A model generated the notes under the pieces. The model ran no database searches, was not told the DNA's origin, and was given only the letters and a program-made list of their open reading frames with translations. Both the position numbers and the translations under genes were made by a program. Positions 27,933 through 36,577 of a stretch of DNA of 64,000 nt are shown in pieces. The stretch lies in the IMG/VR virus record IMGVR_UViG_3300025015_000009, positions 254,014 to 318,013 of that record. One strand, 5' to 3'. This DNA comes from a virus. Its lineage: Duplodnaviria; Heunggongvirae; Uroviricota; Caudoviricetes. Each line of letters starts with the position of its first letter. Positions within the stretch are counted from its first letter, which is position 1.

Positions 27933-29777
27933 GTCACCGTATATGATTGCAGACCCAGTGTGATCGTATTCTCCGGTTATACATTCGTTTGTATACGCAT
28001 CCATGTGCTTGGCAATACATCTACCAGTTAGTGTTGTTGATTGCCCAATTCGATGGTCAAAGAATCGACACCCAGGATTTAGAATTGCACCGTATAACGA
28101 GTTTAAGTTTACTTTCTTAACATTCTGCTTGCGGTCCCATAGCTCGACATCCGCCTGGTCTGTCGCTTCTTTCTTCTTCTTCTGCATTGCTTTTCTCTCG
28201 GAGTACCATCTTTCAAGTAACCCCGGAATAATACCTTTTGTACTATACGAGAAAATAGTACCGTTAGCACTGATACATATTGGTTTGTTATTATTGAATA
28301 TCAGATTCCATGTTTCTTCGGCGGTGTGAGTAGTCGGTGACTGGTGTTCCCAGTCAATCGTTATTGATACCCCAGGGGATCTGGCCATCATTGCTTGATA
28401 CTCCAGCGACCCGAATTGACCTTCCCATGCTTCTGCAAAAGACATCCCCTTTTTTCGTCCTTTGTCTGCCATGTTTTTTTGCAGCATAGCTGTTGTCATG
28501 TCTGGGCGCAACTGGCCAACAACAGTGTCTGGCCCCATATTCAACGCTCTAATAGTAGATGGGTACAGAGAGTTAATATCGATAACGCCGATATACTTAT
28601 GCATCCCGGCTTTTGGTACAGCAACATATGCGCCTGCGGCTTGATCTTCGTTAAACAAGTCCTCGTCATCTACTTCTCGATCAGCAGCTGGGGTGTGGAC
28701 CCTATTAGGAACAATCATACCCCTGGAGTGCGCTTCGTTAATGATTGCTTGCTCAGTGACCGCTACTGCTCCGCTTGTTGTTTGCAGTAGTACCGTGTTA
28801 TCGTGTGCAATCTCGTTTGCCAAATCCATGAATTTCAGTTTAGAATCTAGCTTGTATATAAGTTCGGTGTCTTGTCGATTGTACAGAATAAATTTCTCGA
28901 AGTCGTTGTTGTACAATTGATCCAACGTACCTTCATACTTAATTTTGTGCTCGTTTAACTCGTATTCACTGATTGCGTCCAACGAATACGAGTGCATCTC
29001 GTGATACGTATATTTGCGATACAGTTGCATGTAATCTAAGTGGATACGACCAGATAAGTCGTATGTTTGATGCTCTGCACCGTAGCGAGAAAAGGTGCGC
29101 TTAGTGGGCTGTTTCCCCCAGAGGCAAAACCGACGAGTGTCGTCTGTACTTAGGATACGTTTGACTCTATTAACAGTATATGGGATATCGAATCCCTCGG
29201 AGTTCCACCCAGATAGAACGTCTGCGTCGTCGATTAACGTCAAAAATGTGTCAAGAACTTGTTTTTCGTTGTCAAATATGTAGCAATTCTCAAATTTTAG
29301 TGCAATTTCGTTTGCACTTTTTATGCTAAGGGTCTTAGGACATAGAGCTAACGTAATACACTGTTTTGTCCATCCCAGGTAAAGAGATATAGCTGTGATT
29401 GCATTAAACGGGTCGTCAGATGGGGCAAACCCCATCTCATGATGGAAATCAGTTTCAATGTCGAAGTACGCAACATTGAGTTTAGGTGACTCTACCCCGG
29501 CGTAGTTCTCCGCTAAACACTTGAACACCGGATTAATATCACTCTCCCATAATTTCTCTCGTGGAAAAACTCTGAGCTCTTTTTGAAACTCTTTCCACGA
29601 TCGAATAGTTACCTTAGATACAGGGGTATTGACTATGGTTCTAAATTTTCCTTTTGGATCAGAATGGTAGAAGGTATAGTTTCCGGGGTATTCCTTGAAT
29701 ACTCGAACGCCATTGACTCGTTCGATAACATGGATCTGGCTTGATTCTTTATTATGATATCCATCTACGTAGCTCAT
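27582..29777 (-). CDS. DNA polymerase B N-terminal half with C-terminal split intein IntN
   Basis: Exonuclease motifs FDIET, GWNS.GFD.PY, YN.QD; polymerase motifs DINSLYPS, K..LNSLYG, YGD; then SVTGDT intein start. Confidence 0.95.
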   Translation of the reverse strand: MSYVDGYHNKESSQIHVIERVNGVRVFKEYPGNYTFYHSDPKGKFRTIVNTPVSKVTIRSWKEFQKELRVFPREKLWESDINPVFKCLAENYAGVESPKLNVAYFDIETDFHHEMGFAPSDDPFNAITAISLYLGWTKQCITLALCPKTLSIKSANEIALKFENCYIFDNEKQVLDTFLTLIDDADVLSGWNSEGFDIPYTVNRVKRILSTDDTRRFCLWGKQPTKRTFSRYGAEHQTYDLSGRIHLDYMQLYRKYTYHEMHSYSLDAISEYELNEHKIKYEGTLDQLYNNDFEKFILYNRQDTELIYKLDSKLKFMDLANEIAHDNTVLLQTTSGAVAVTEQAIINEAHSRGMIVPNRVHTPAADREVDDEDLFNEDQAAGAYVAVPKAGMHKYIGVIDINSLYPSTIRALNMGPDTVVGQLRPDMTTAMLQKNMADKGRKKGMSFAEAWEGQFGSLEYQAMMARSPGVSITIDWEHQSPTTHTAEETWNLIFNNNKPICISANGTIFSYSTKGIIPGLLERWYSERKAMQKKKKEATDQADVELWDRKQNVKKVNLNSLYGAILNPGCRFFDHRIGQSTTLTGRCIAKHMDAYTNECITGEYDHTGSAIIYGDSVTGDTRILTSNDEITIEELFDCCLEKTTIGDKEYGLQCPVSVMGYSAYNQMAAMANTAYVMRHKTKKMLYQINLNNGKSIKVTADHSIMIERQGVLLEVKPTEILTTDQFICLKR

Positions 29778-29861
29778 GCTTTTCCTTCGTAACCGCTTTT
29801 GGCCGGTATACCGTGTGTACGCTATTTTGGGCAGTTAACGAACTGGAAAAACAAGTATGAG

Positions 29862-30110
29862 TTATGCTGTTCGTCCGACAGTCTCAAGTATATCGGTTAA
29901 TTCTTCGAAATCAGCACTTACGTCTGTAAATTTGGATTTCTGTGCAATTTTTACAGCACGTTTAAGTGTTGCAGGTTTGATTTCAAGCTCTGTAGCAACA
30001 GCTTTGATGGTGTCGTTTAACCCCTGGCTTAGGTCCTCTACTTCTTGCATAATAGCAATAGACTCGGTCATCAGGTGTGACAGTTTTGTTTTTTGTTCCA
30101 ATGAAAACAT
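29862..30110 (-). CDS. dsDNA-binding protein (T4 DsbA/GapR-like)
   Basis: 82 aa helical protein, IKAVA.ELEIKP..L..A.K.A.K pattern; directly upstream of polB. Confidence 0.55.
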   Translation of the reverse strand: MFSLEQKTKLSHLMTESIAIMQEVEDLSQGLNDTIKAVATELEIKPATLKRAVKIAQKSKFTDVSADFEELTDILETVGRTA

Positions 30111-30193
30111 ACGATTTGCGATAATAATTCTCCTTAGTAGTATAGTGTGATTATATAGCTCGCGTAGAGTTAATGCAAGTTATATGATAGTAT

Positions 30194-30436
30194 TTATTTA
30201 CTGCATTGGCTTAACAAAAATGTTAAATAATCGGTTCTCTTTCTGAAAGAAACGGTTATCGCCTGGAATGTGGGACATCTTACTGTCTATATTTTTTGTT
30301 TCTTGTTGTTACTTATTCGGGTTACCGACGGTCCGAATGTTGCTAAACAATACTTGTGTATGCGGTTACGTGCTGTGTTAAACCCATGATGATCATGCCA
30401 CCACATCTGAATAGGTATTGTTGTTTTGTACCTCAT
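30194..30436 (-). pseudogene. 'DAxLFxLKW'-like family member interrupted by an amber codon
   Basis: ATGA-coupled start; ..YCLATFG..KI*TV..VSFRKRTDYLTFLLSQC; TAG at 30287-30289 where paralogs have W (WTV/WTL). Confidence 0.6.
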
Positions 30437-30657
30437 ATTACTATGTTTACCCATCTCAATGCAAATGCTATTGCGTCGTTTTTGTTTTTAAACCCAAATA
30501 CGGTTTCGTCACCGAGAGGCATAGACATGAGCGTCCAGTTACCCCGCCCACATATTTCGTTGCACCATTCTATTCTTGGGGATGGTCTATTAGACCAATG
30601 AATTGCCCTAAGAGTAACACAAAAAGGGAACTGGCCGGATATCTGGTTATCAATCAC
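30433..30657 (-). CDS. 'DAxLFxLKW' small paralog family member
   Basis: FPFCV..WC..WTL..FGFKNKNDAIAFALRW. Confidence 0.8.
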   Translation of the reverse strand: MIDNQISGQFPFCVTLRAIHWSNRPSPRIEWCNEICGRGNWTLMSMPLGDETVFGFKNKNDAIAFALRWVNIVI

Positions 30658-30892
30658 ACTTCAACCTAAATAGTATTGCGTCGGCGTTACGTGCAAACAT
30701 AAAGGTAACATGTTCGTTGTCCTCGTCATATACGAGAGTCCAATTGTGTACACCGAACATCTCGTCACACCATCGGTAAGTAGGGTGATCGCAGGCGTGT
30801 ACCCGGACAGTAAAAGGGAGTCGATCAGACATATCAGTTGAAGTCATAACAGTAAAAGGGAATCGACTAGACCCTGACATATCTGAACTCAT
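30650..30892 (-). CDS. 'DAxLFxLKW' family member with duplicated N-terminal motif
   Basis: SDMS..RFPFTV and TDMSDRLPFTV; WC..WTL..FMFARNADAILFRLK. Confidence 0.75.
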   Translation of the reverse strand: MSSDMSGSSRFPFTVMTSTDMSDRLPFTVRVHACDHPTYRWCDEMFGVHNWTLVYDEDNEHVTFMFARNADAILFRLKCD

Positions 30893-31149
30893 AGCCAGTG
30901 TAGTGCAAATAGAAATGCATGTTCCTTAGTTGTGAACCTAAAGTCGATTGTATTATTACGGTAGCTATTGGAATCAATTATCCATTGCCCTACACTGAAC
31001 ATCTTATCACACCATATTACCCGAGGATAATTTGCAAGAATCACCATCTCTGCGTATGTCTCGAATATAACTTTCCCGGAGGGCGGAACGGCGGTCACTG
31101 TGATACCACAGTCGACAGTAACAGTAAATGGAAAAGCATCTGTTGTCAT
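30889..31149 (-). CDS. 'DAxLFxLKW' small paralog family member
   Basis: FPFTV..WC..W..FRFTTKEHAFLFALHW. Confidence 0.8.
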   Translation of the reverse strand: MTTDAFPFTVTVDCGITVTAVPPSGKVIFETYAEMVILANYPRVIWCDKMFSVGQWIIDSNSYRNNTIDFRFTTKEHAFLFALHWL

Positions 31150-31179
31150 CTTCAGTTAGCCGGTCTCACTGGTTAAGAG

Positions 31180-31407
31180 TTAACACCATCTTAGCTTAAA
31201 CATCGTGGCATGGTCAGCAGATGCAAAAACGAAGTCGACTGTTTCCTGCGAGATGCTGTAGTCACCAAGCGCCCATTCGCCTGCACTGTATGTTGCGTTA
31301 CACCAATCTATAGCGTCACGCGGTGCAGGCGCAAGCCCTCGACCCCGTCGGATGATCCAGGTGCGTGTCAAGCTAGTTGTAGCAATAGAAACTACAAATG
31401 GAAACAT
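31180..31407 (-). CDS. 'DAxLFxLKW' small paralog family member
   Basis: FPFVV..WC..W..FVFASADHATMFKLRW. Confidence 0.8.
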   Translation of the reverse strand: MFPFVVSIATTSLTRTWIIRRGRGLAPAPRDAIDWCNATYSAGEWALGDYSISQETVDFVFASADHATMFKLRWC

Positions 31408-31420
31408 GTTAATTAGTCTC

Positions 31421-31630
31421 TTATACCCACTTTAACGAAAACAGCACAGCATCTTGCTTGTGTCTGAAGAATATTCTGTATCGCCGTTCAGGAGCAAAAG
31501 AGGTGTCTACGTCATCCCAGAAGAACCCCGACCGGTGACTCTGAAACTCGTCCAGAGCTTTATGTAACTTTTCCCAGTCAAAATCCTTTGGTAGAACAAC
31601 GACGTGTTTATATAGAAGCTCAGTCGTCAT
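31421..31630 (-). CDS. 'DAxLFxLKW' small paralog family member
   Basis: IFFRHKQDAVLFSLKWV. Confidence 0.75.
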   Translation of the reverse strand: MTTELLYKHVVVLPKDFDWEKLHKALDEFQSHRSGFFWDDVDTSFAPERRYRIFFRHKQDAVLFSLKWV

Positions 31631-31633
31631 GCA

Positions 31634-31882
31634 TTAACTCCACTTTAATGAGAATAATATAGCATCTTGCTTGTTGGTGAAATACACTGTGGTTCTAATG
31701 TCGGTACTTATGCTAATAATGCAATCGATATCTGTTAACCACTCTCTTAGGTCCCACCAGTTGTACTCAGATGGGAAGACCACGGCGGTTCTTCCTGGTA
31801 TACTCTTACCGTCGCCCATAAACTGTACTCTCACACCCATACCCTGTAATTCATCTCCATCTGAGTGAGAACATAGTTGCAT
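31634..31882 (-). CDS. 'DAxLFxLKW' family member (true start probably downstream)
   Basis: VYFTNKQDAILFSLKWS. Confidence 0.7.
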   Translation of the reverse strand: MQLCSHSDGDELQGMGVRVQFMGDGKSIPGRTAVVFPSEYNWWDLREWLTDIDCIISISTDIRTTVYFTNKQDAILFSLKWS

Positions 31883-32129
31883 CTTCCAGGGAAAAAAATC
31901 CGAATTGCACTATTTCGTCGGCGGTATAACTTACATCTGACACGTCGACTATCTCGTAAATCACCTCCTGGATGCAATTGTGATTTATCCAGGAGATGAT
32001 TTCTGCTAGATCGGCACGGTCACTTAAATGAACGTAAGTAGTTGGCTGACGTTGTTTGCTTTTGTCCCAGTTCTGAATCGGTAACTGACCGATAGTATCT
32101 TCAGCCGGGTAAATAACACGAGTGAACAT
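31851..32129 (-). CDS. 'DAxLFxLKW' small paralog family member
   Basis: FGFFSLEDATMFSLRWR; TAATG overlap with RNA ligase. Confidence 0.75.
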   Translation of the reverse strand: MFTRVIYPAEDTIGQLPIQNWDKSKQRQPTTYVHLSDRADLAEIISWINHNCIQEVIYEIVDVSDVSYTADEIVQFGFFSLEDATMFSLRWR

Positions 32130-33238
32130 TACGCATCGTCGTTCTTAAAGTTGCTGTATATAGTATTCAACGTGTACCCTTCTCGGTAATTGTTGGTCCA
32201 GTACTTCTTGTAGTCGGGATCTTTACCGGTATACGCAGTCATCAGCAGCCCGAACAAAGGATGGTTGTTGTATGTTATAGCAACGTCTTTCCTTGTTGGC
32301 AGCAATTTTGCTTCGATCAGTAAAGCATCTACTGCGGTCATAACAGATCGCAGTTGTTCTGTTACTCGATGTTCGATTGCCTCAATCGGAGCCAATGACA
32401 GACCAGCCTGAGTGATAACAGTTTTAATGTCGTCGATTGTTTCATCTAAGAACATATCTGCTACATCACGTTCCCGCAGTTCAGTCTTAGCACGATGCAT
32501 TCTGAGGTACCATTCGCACTTCATCTTTACCATAGTCGGTGAGTTATTTGACTCGAACCGAATAACATACCCCTCGAAATCTTCGATCACTTTCATTTGG
32601 TCTACTAGATTTCGGTACGTAAAGTTGTATGAACGAATAACCAATACTCCGGCAGCATCAGCCCGAGCCCACATTTCGTTGTACGACACATACTCTCCGG
32701 TGCTCATATTACGAATTGCTAATAGTACGAGCGTTGGGGTTTTTCCGTAGTTGATTACTATCTCGCACTGCGGAGCAGTGAACTCGAATATCGGAGAGAA
32801 ACCAGCAAGCAATAGTTCCTTTGAGAAAGAGGTAATCTCAGGAGAAGTCGCAGCGGCCGCAGCAACAGCAACGTCAGAGTAGAACGATTTCTTTGTTTTC
32901 CATGCTACTTCGCCGTTGACTAACACCGGGACCAGCATCGAGCCGTCACGTTTCTCGAGAACATTAACTATCTTGTCCCAAGGCAATGTTTCAGGACGAG
33001 TGCTCTCGTTTTCACCGACGTTAAAGAACTTATGAAACGGTGCGCTGATGCAATCGCCAGATTCGGTGTCAAACGTAATTCCGCGACATTCCAAAGCAAA
33101 CGGCAGTTGCCACAACTCGGGTGAGCTAACCATATAGCTCACTATAGTAACGGATTTGCCGTTCACTATTTCTTCTTTAAACTTGATCATTTTTTCGGAA
33201 CGAAGATGGTCAAGATCGGATAATTTAGATGGAAACAT
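32129..33238 (-). CDS. rnlA: RNA ligase 1 (T4 RnlA-like)
   Basis: ECRGITF, PFHKFFN.GE, motif I EKRDGS, FEF, EGYV, KMKC.WY. Confidence 0.9.
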   Translation of the reverse strand: MFPSKLSDLDHLRSEKMIKFKEEIVNGKSVTIVSYMVSSPELWQLPFALECRGITFDTESGDCISAPFHKFFNVGENESTRPETLPWDKIVNVLEKRDGSMLVPVLVNGEVAWKTKKSFYSDVAVAAAAATSPEITSFSKELLLAGFSPIFEFTAPQCEIVINYGKTPTLVLLAIRNMSTGEYVSYNEMWARADAAGVLVIRSYNFTYRNLVDQMKVIEDFEGYVIRFESNNSPTMVKMKCEWYLRMHRAKTELRERDVADMFLDETIDDIKTVITQAGLSLAPIEAIEHRVTEQLRSVMTAVDALLIEAKLLPTRKDVAITYNNHPLFGLLMTAYTGKDPDYKKYWTNNYREGYTLNTIYSNFKNDDA

Positions 33239-33266
33239 GGCGTACCTTTATTATTTAATAGCTGCT

Positions 33267-33295
33267 ATTATACACAAAGATCGGGACATTGTCAA
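33267..33295 (-). promoter_or_regulatory. sigma70-like promoter
   Basis: TTGACA-N17-TATAAT. Confidence 0.7.
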
Positions 33296-33310
33296 CCGAA
33301 ACGTGATTGG

Positions 33311-33850
33311 TTAGATCGGGAGTTTGGCTACTTCAGCAACGATATCTTCAAAGACATAGAGTTGCATATTGTTGGTGTCGAGGCCAATGTCTTTTATCCT
33401 GCCTGGGATATTAGTTGGAATTGCATGGCAATGACCATGCAGCATGATAGACCCAGATTGTTTTTTGTGCCAATGATTCATTGGTCGATGACTCATGCAT
33501 ACGACGATTTCTTGTCCGTTAATCGAAACAGTTAGTTCTTTGTAATGTTCGATCGATGCGAAGTATGACTGTAGTTTCTCGTCACTTAGTATTTTCGTAT
33601 CGTGATTCCCAGCAATAAGACGTTTTGTTCCGTTAAGTCTAGGAATATATACATGCATCATATCTGGGTGTCCCATACTCACGTCCCCTAGGATCCATAC
33701 CTCATCATCCGGGGCAACGGTGTTGTTCCAGTTAGCAATAATGCTTTCGGTCATTTCGATGTGATCTGTAAAGTGACTACGTGTTGCCGGACAGTAATCG
33801 ATTATCTTTTTATGGTTAAGATGTAAGTCTGCAGATATGTATGTTTTCAT
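33311..33850 (-). CDS. calcineurin-like metallophosphoesterase
   Basis: DLH, LGD, GNHD, H.P, HGH.H. Confidence 0.9.
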   Translation of the reverse strand: MKTYISADLHLNHKKIIDYCPATRSHFTDHIEMTESIIANWNNTVAPDDEVWILGDVSMGHPDMMHVYIPRLNGTKRLIAGNHDTKILSDEKLQSYFASIEHYKELTVSINGQEIVVCMSHRPMNHWHKKQSGSIMLHGHCHAIPTNIPGRIKDIGLDTNNMQLYVFEDIVAEVAKLPI

Positions 33851-33856
33851 ATTAGC

Positions 33857-33885
33857 ATTATACTACCATTGGTATAAGAAGTCAA
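33857..33885 (-). promoter_or_regulatory. sigma70-like promoter
   Basis: TTGACT-N17-TATAAT. Confidence 0.65.
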
Positions 33886-33905
33886 CTAAATTCTGACAGG
33901 TGATT

Positions 33906-34508
33906 TCATAGTACCCATGGATCTACAATTACAGGAAACCCATTGTCCCTGACCATGATGTTCTCATTATGTAAATCCCAATCCCACCCCTGCTTATTAC
34001 CTATATCGTTAAGGGCGGAAACTGTTTTCATATATAAGAGTATTTGTTTTTTGTTTAATGTTTCAAGCAATATTCTAGCATAGTATGAATCCTCTTCTGT
34101 AAATACGGTCCAGGCCTCGTTCATGTTGCTTACTTTGTAGAAGCTGGTGAGAGAAGCACCTAGTTCCGCTAGACTCGTACATATTCTATTAGAATGATGT
34201 AATCGTTCTTGTCTAATTTGAAGATATGTACGGTCATTGAACGTAAATGATTCGTAACCAAAGAATTTAGGAAGAAACAGGTTTGTTTTGTTCTTCATAC
34301 AAAACTTGGCCCATATAAAGAACATATGCTGATCAGGAGTGAAACCCTGGTCGTTATCTTCTTGTGAACCGAATATTTTTAAGACTAGGCCGGTGCCTGG
34401 TTCTAAGTACGCTGACTGATCAACCCCTTTACCTAAGAACTTGTACCCTTTCTTGATCAGCGTTTTTGTAATTCCAATGTCGGTTTCGCTGTATTCGGTT
34501 ATTTTCAT
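33906..34508 (-). CDS. protein kinase-like fold enzyme, copy 1
   Basis: LGKGVDQSAY, VLKIF, DLHNENIM, VIVDP; start MKITEY. Confidence 0.75.
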   Translation of the reverse strand: MKITEYSETDIGITKTLIKKGYKFLGKGVDQSAYLEPGTGLVLKIFGSQEDNDQGFTPDQHMFFIWAKFCMKNKTNLFLPKFFGYESFTFNDRTYLQIRQERLHHSNRICTSLAELGASLTSFYKVSNMNEAWTVFTEEDSYYARILLETLNKKQILLYMKTVSALNDIGNKQGWDWDLHNENIMVRDNGFPVIVDPWVL

Positions 34509-34513
34509 TTGTT

Positions 34514-35149
34514 TTACCACCGTGCTACAACCCAGGGGTCGACTATTACTGGCAGTTTACCTCTGAACATAATGTTTTCGTTGTGCAAGTCCCATGACCA
34601 TCCTTCTTTGTAGCCAATGGCTCTAAGTGCTTTAATTGTTTTTATAAACAAAAGGAGTTGTTTATCATCCATAGTTTTTGCTAATAACGTGTGGTCCTTA
34701 GAACGATACGTAATAAAGTTAGCAAGACATTGCTTGGGCAGCAAGCTGTTGGAAAAGTCTGCTAACGATTCGGCGGCATATCCTAGGTCTGCTACGTGCC
34801 GCAATCGTTCTTGCCTGATCTGAAGATATAAACGATCGTTGAATACAAAAGATTCATAACCATCAAATTTAGGTAAAAACGGATTGGTACTATTCTTCAT
34901 ACAGAACTTGGCCCATATAAAGAACATCTTCTGATCAGCAGAGAATTTTGGCTTGCTTGTTTTTTGCGAACCGAATATTTTTAAGACTAGGCCGCTGCCT
35001 GGTTCTAAGTACGCCGACTGGTCAACACCCTTTCCTAAGAACTTGTATCCCTTCTTAATCAATTCTTTTTTGATTCCAGCGTCAGTGTTACTCCACTCGT
35101 CTAGTACTTCTTCATCCAATGAATTGTTGCTAATATTTGATATACGCAT
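34514..35149 (-). CDS. protein kinase-like fold enzyme, copy 2
   Basis: Same motifs as copy 1, with near-identical DNA blocks. Confidence 0.75.
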   Translation of the reverse strand: MRISNISNNSLDEEVLDEWSNTDAGIKKELIKKGYKFLGKGVDQSAYLEPGSGLVLKIFGSQKTSKPKFSADQKMFFIWAKFCMKNSTNPFLPKFDGYESFVFNDRLYLQIRQERLRHVADLGYAAESLADFSNSLLPKQCLANFITYRSKDHTLLAKTMDDKQLLLFIKTIKALRAIGYKEGWSWDLHNENIMFRGKLPVIVDPWVVARW

Positions 35150-35164
35150 ATTCTTTTCCTATTG

Positions 35165-35608
35165 TTATACTTTACCTGCGATTGCAGTTACTATCTTACG
35201 TTGAGAACTACGACCTGAGGAGGCAAAGTCTGCTGCTGTTAACCACAATGTTTCTTTTGTTTCATAATGGTATTGACTAAAGTCAGTCGGGTCTTTGACT
35301 TCAACCGTATACACTGTAAACTTGTAAGTGGCATCTAACCCACTTACAATCTCTGAGAAACCAACCGTCGGCGATGCCACGAAGTTTGATCGTTTCAGAC
35401 CAAGCTCTTCTTCCCCTTCACGAATAGCTGCTTCTGTTACGTTCTCTCCGTCTTCAACTCCGCCCTTTGCAATATTAGGCGACGTCCCACCATATGCCGG
35501 GTCACTGGGAATCATAAACATGAATTGGGTAACACCGTCCAGGACGTAATACGGGATAATACCAGCTTTTGTACGCAGTTGCGATTGAGTAAATTCTGTT
35601 ATCCTCAT
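35165..35608 (-). CDS. Nudix hydrolase
   Basis: Nudix box GGVEDGENVTEAAIREGEEELG; start MRITEF. Confidence 0.9.
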   Translation of the reverse strand: MRITEFTQSQLRTKAGIIPYYVLDGVTQFMFMIPSDPAYGGTSPNIAKGGVEDGENVTEAAIREGEEELGLKRSNFVASPTVGFSEIVSGLDATYKFTVYTVEVKDPTDFSQYHYETKETLWLTAADFASSGRSSQRKIVTAIAGKV

Positions 35609-36576
35609 GCTATCATTTTTCCAATTTCAGACGATTTAGTTGTTAACATTGATTTTGTGTCTGCTGCTTTCTTTATGGCCGTTTCGGTTTCTGCTTTGTC
35701 GAACTTCGATGAAGTTATTACTTTGTTAATTTTGTCTAAGTAGATTTGCTTAATAGTCGATAATAAAGACTGTGAGTCTGAGTACTGACTTGGTAATGTA
35801 TTTGTTTGTTCCAGTGTTTCGGCTATTCCTTTGATCGAGCCAATTATGTCCTTAACTCGAACCTCATCTATTAATCCTGGATACGATTTGAGAGTAGGCG
35901 AATATTCAGATGCTCCGAAGAATGTTGCAATATCAATGGCCCATTTCTTCTTATCTGTTGTTATTGTATGTAGCTTAACACCTTTTACTGTATTAAACTT
36001 AACAAGTTTTCCGTTTATAGTCTTAGCCTGGACCCCAATAGAGCTTATACTTATCTGGAGTGCCTCGGCCAATGCTGAGTACAAGCTGGCACACAGAACG
36101 CCCTTAACGTTCCATTCGGGTGCAAGAGCAGTTGCCCAGTCCTGCACATCGTAGTATATATTAACTAAGTCGATCTGAACATAGTCATCTCCGAGTTGTA
36201 GTATAACGTTTTTCCCGTTTTCTGTTGCGAACGTAGTAGATCGGTCACAAAACTCTTTAATGTTAGTTGCAAACAGTGTTATAGTCTGGTTGTTGTTCAA
36301 ATCCGGCATACGTGGGATATAAAAATGAACATCGATGTCCCCGTATTCTTTATTGGGGTTCTGGACCAGGTCTCTTTTGTAGTATGTACCACTGCCGCAC
36401 GGTTTGCCAATTTGAATACTGGGTAATTGCTTGCTCTTTAAGAATGCATTTAACTCTGGTTCAAACTTAGCTTTAAGGACTGTGACTACTTTTTCTATTA
36501 GAGCAGGGGTGATGATAGTGTTCTGAGTCTTTGTGCTCGCCCATCCACCTTCACTGATAAACTCTTTGGATCTCAT
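35605..36576 (-). CDS. Pol-beta superfamily nucleotidyltransferase
   Basis: GSG..Y...YGDIDV...VQIDLV; start MRSKEFISE. Confidence 0.7.
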   Translation of the reverse strand: MRSKEFISEGGWASTKTQNTIITPALIEKVVTVLKAKFEPELNAFLKSKQLPSIQIGKPCGSGTYYKRDLVQNPNKEYGDIDVHFYIPRMPDLNNNQTITLFATNIKEFCDRSTTFATENGKNVILQLGDDYVQIDLVNIYYDVQDWATALAPEWNVKGVLCASLYSALAEALQISISSIGVQAKTINGKLVKFNTVKGVKLHTITTDKKKWAIDIATFFGASEYSPTLKSYPGLIDEVRVKDIIGSIKGIAETLEQTNTLPSQYSDSQSLLSTIKQIYLDKINKVITSSKFDKAETETAIKKAADTKSMLTTKSSEIGKMIA

Positions 36577-36577
36577 A

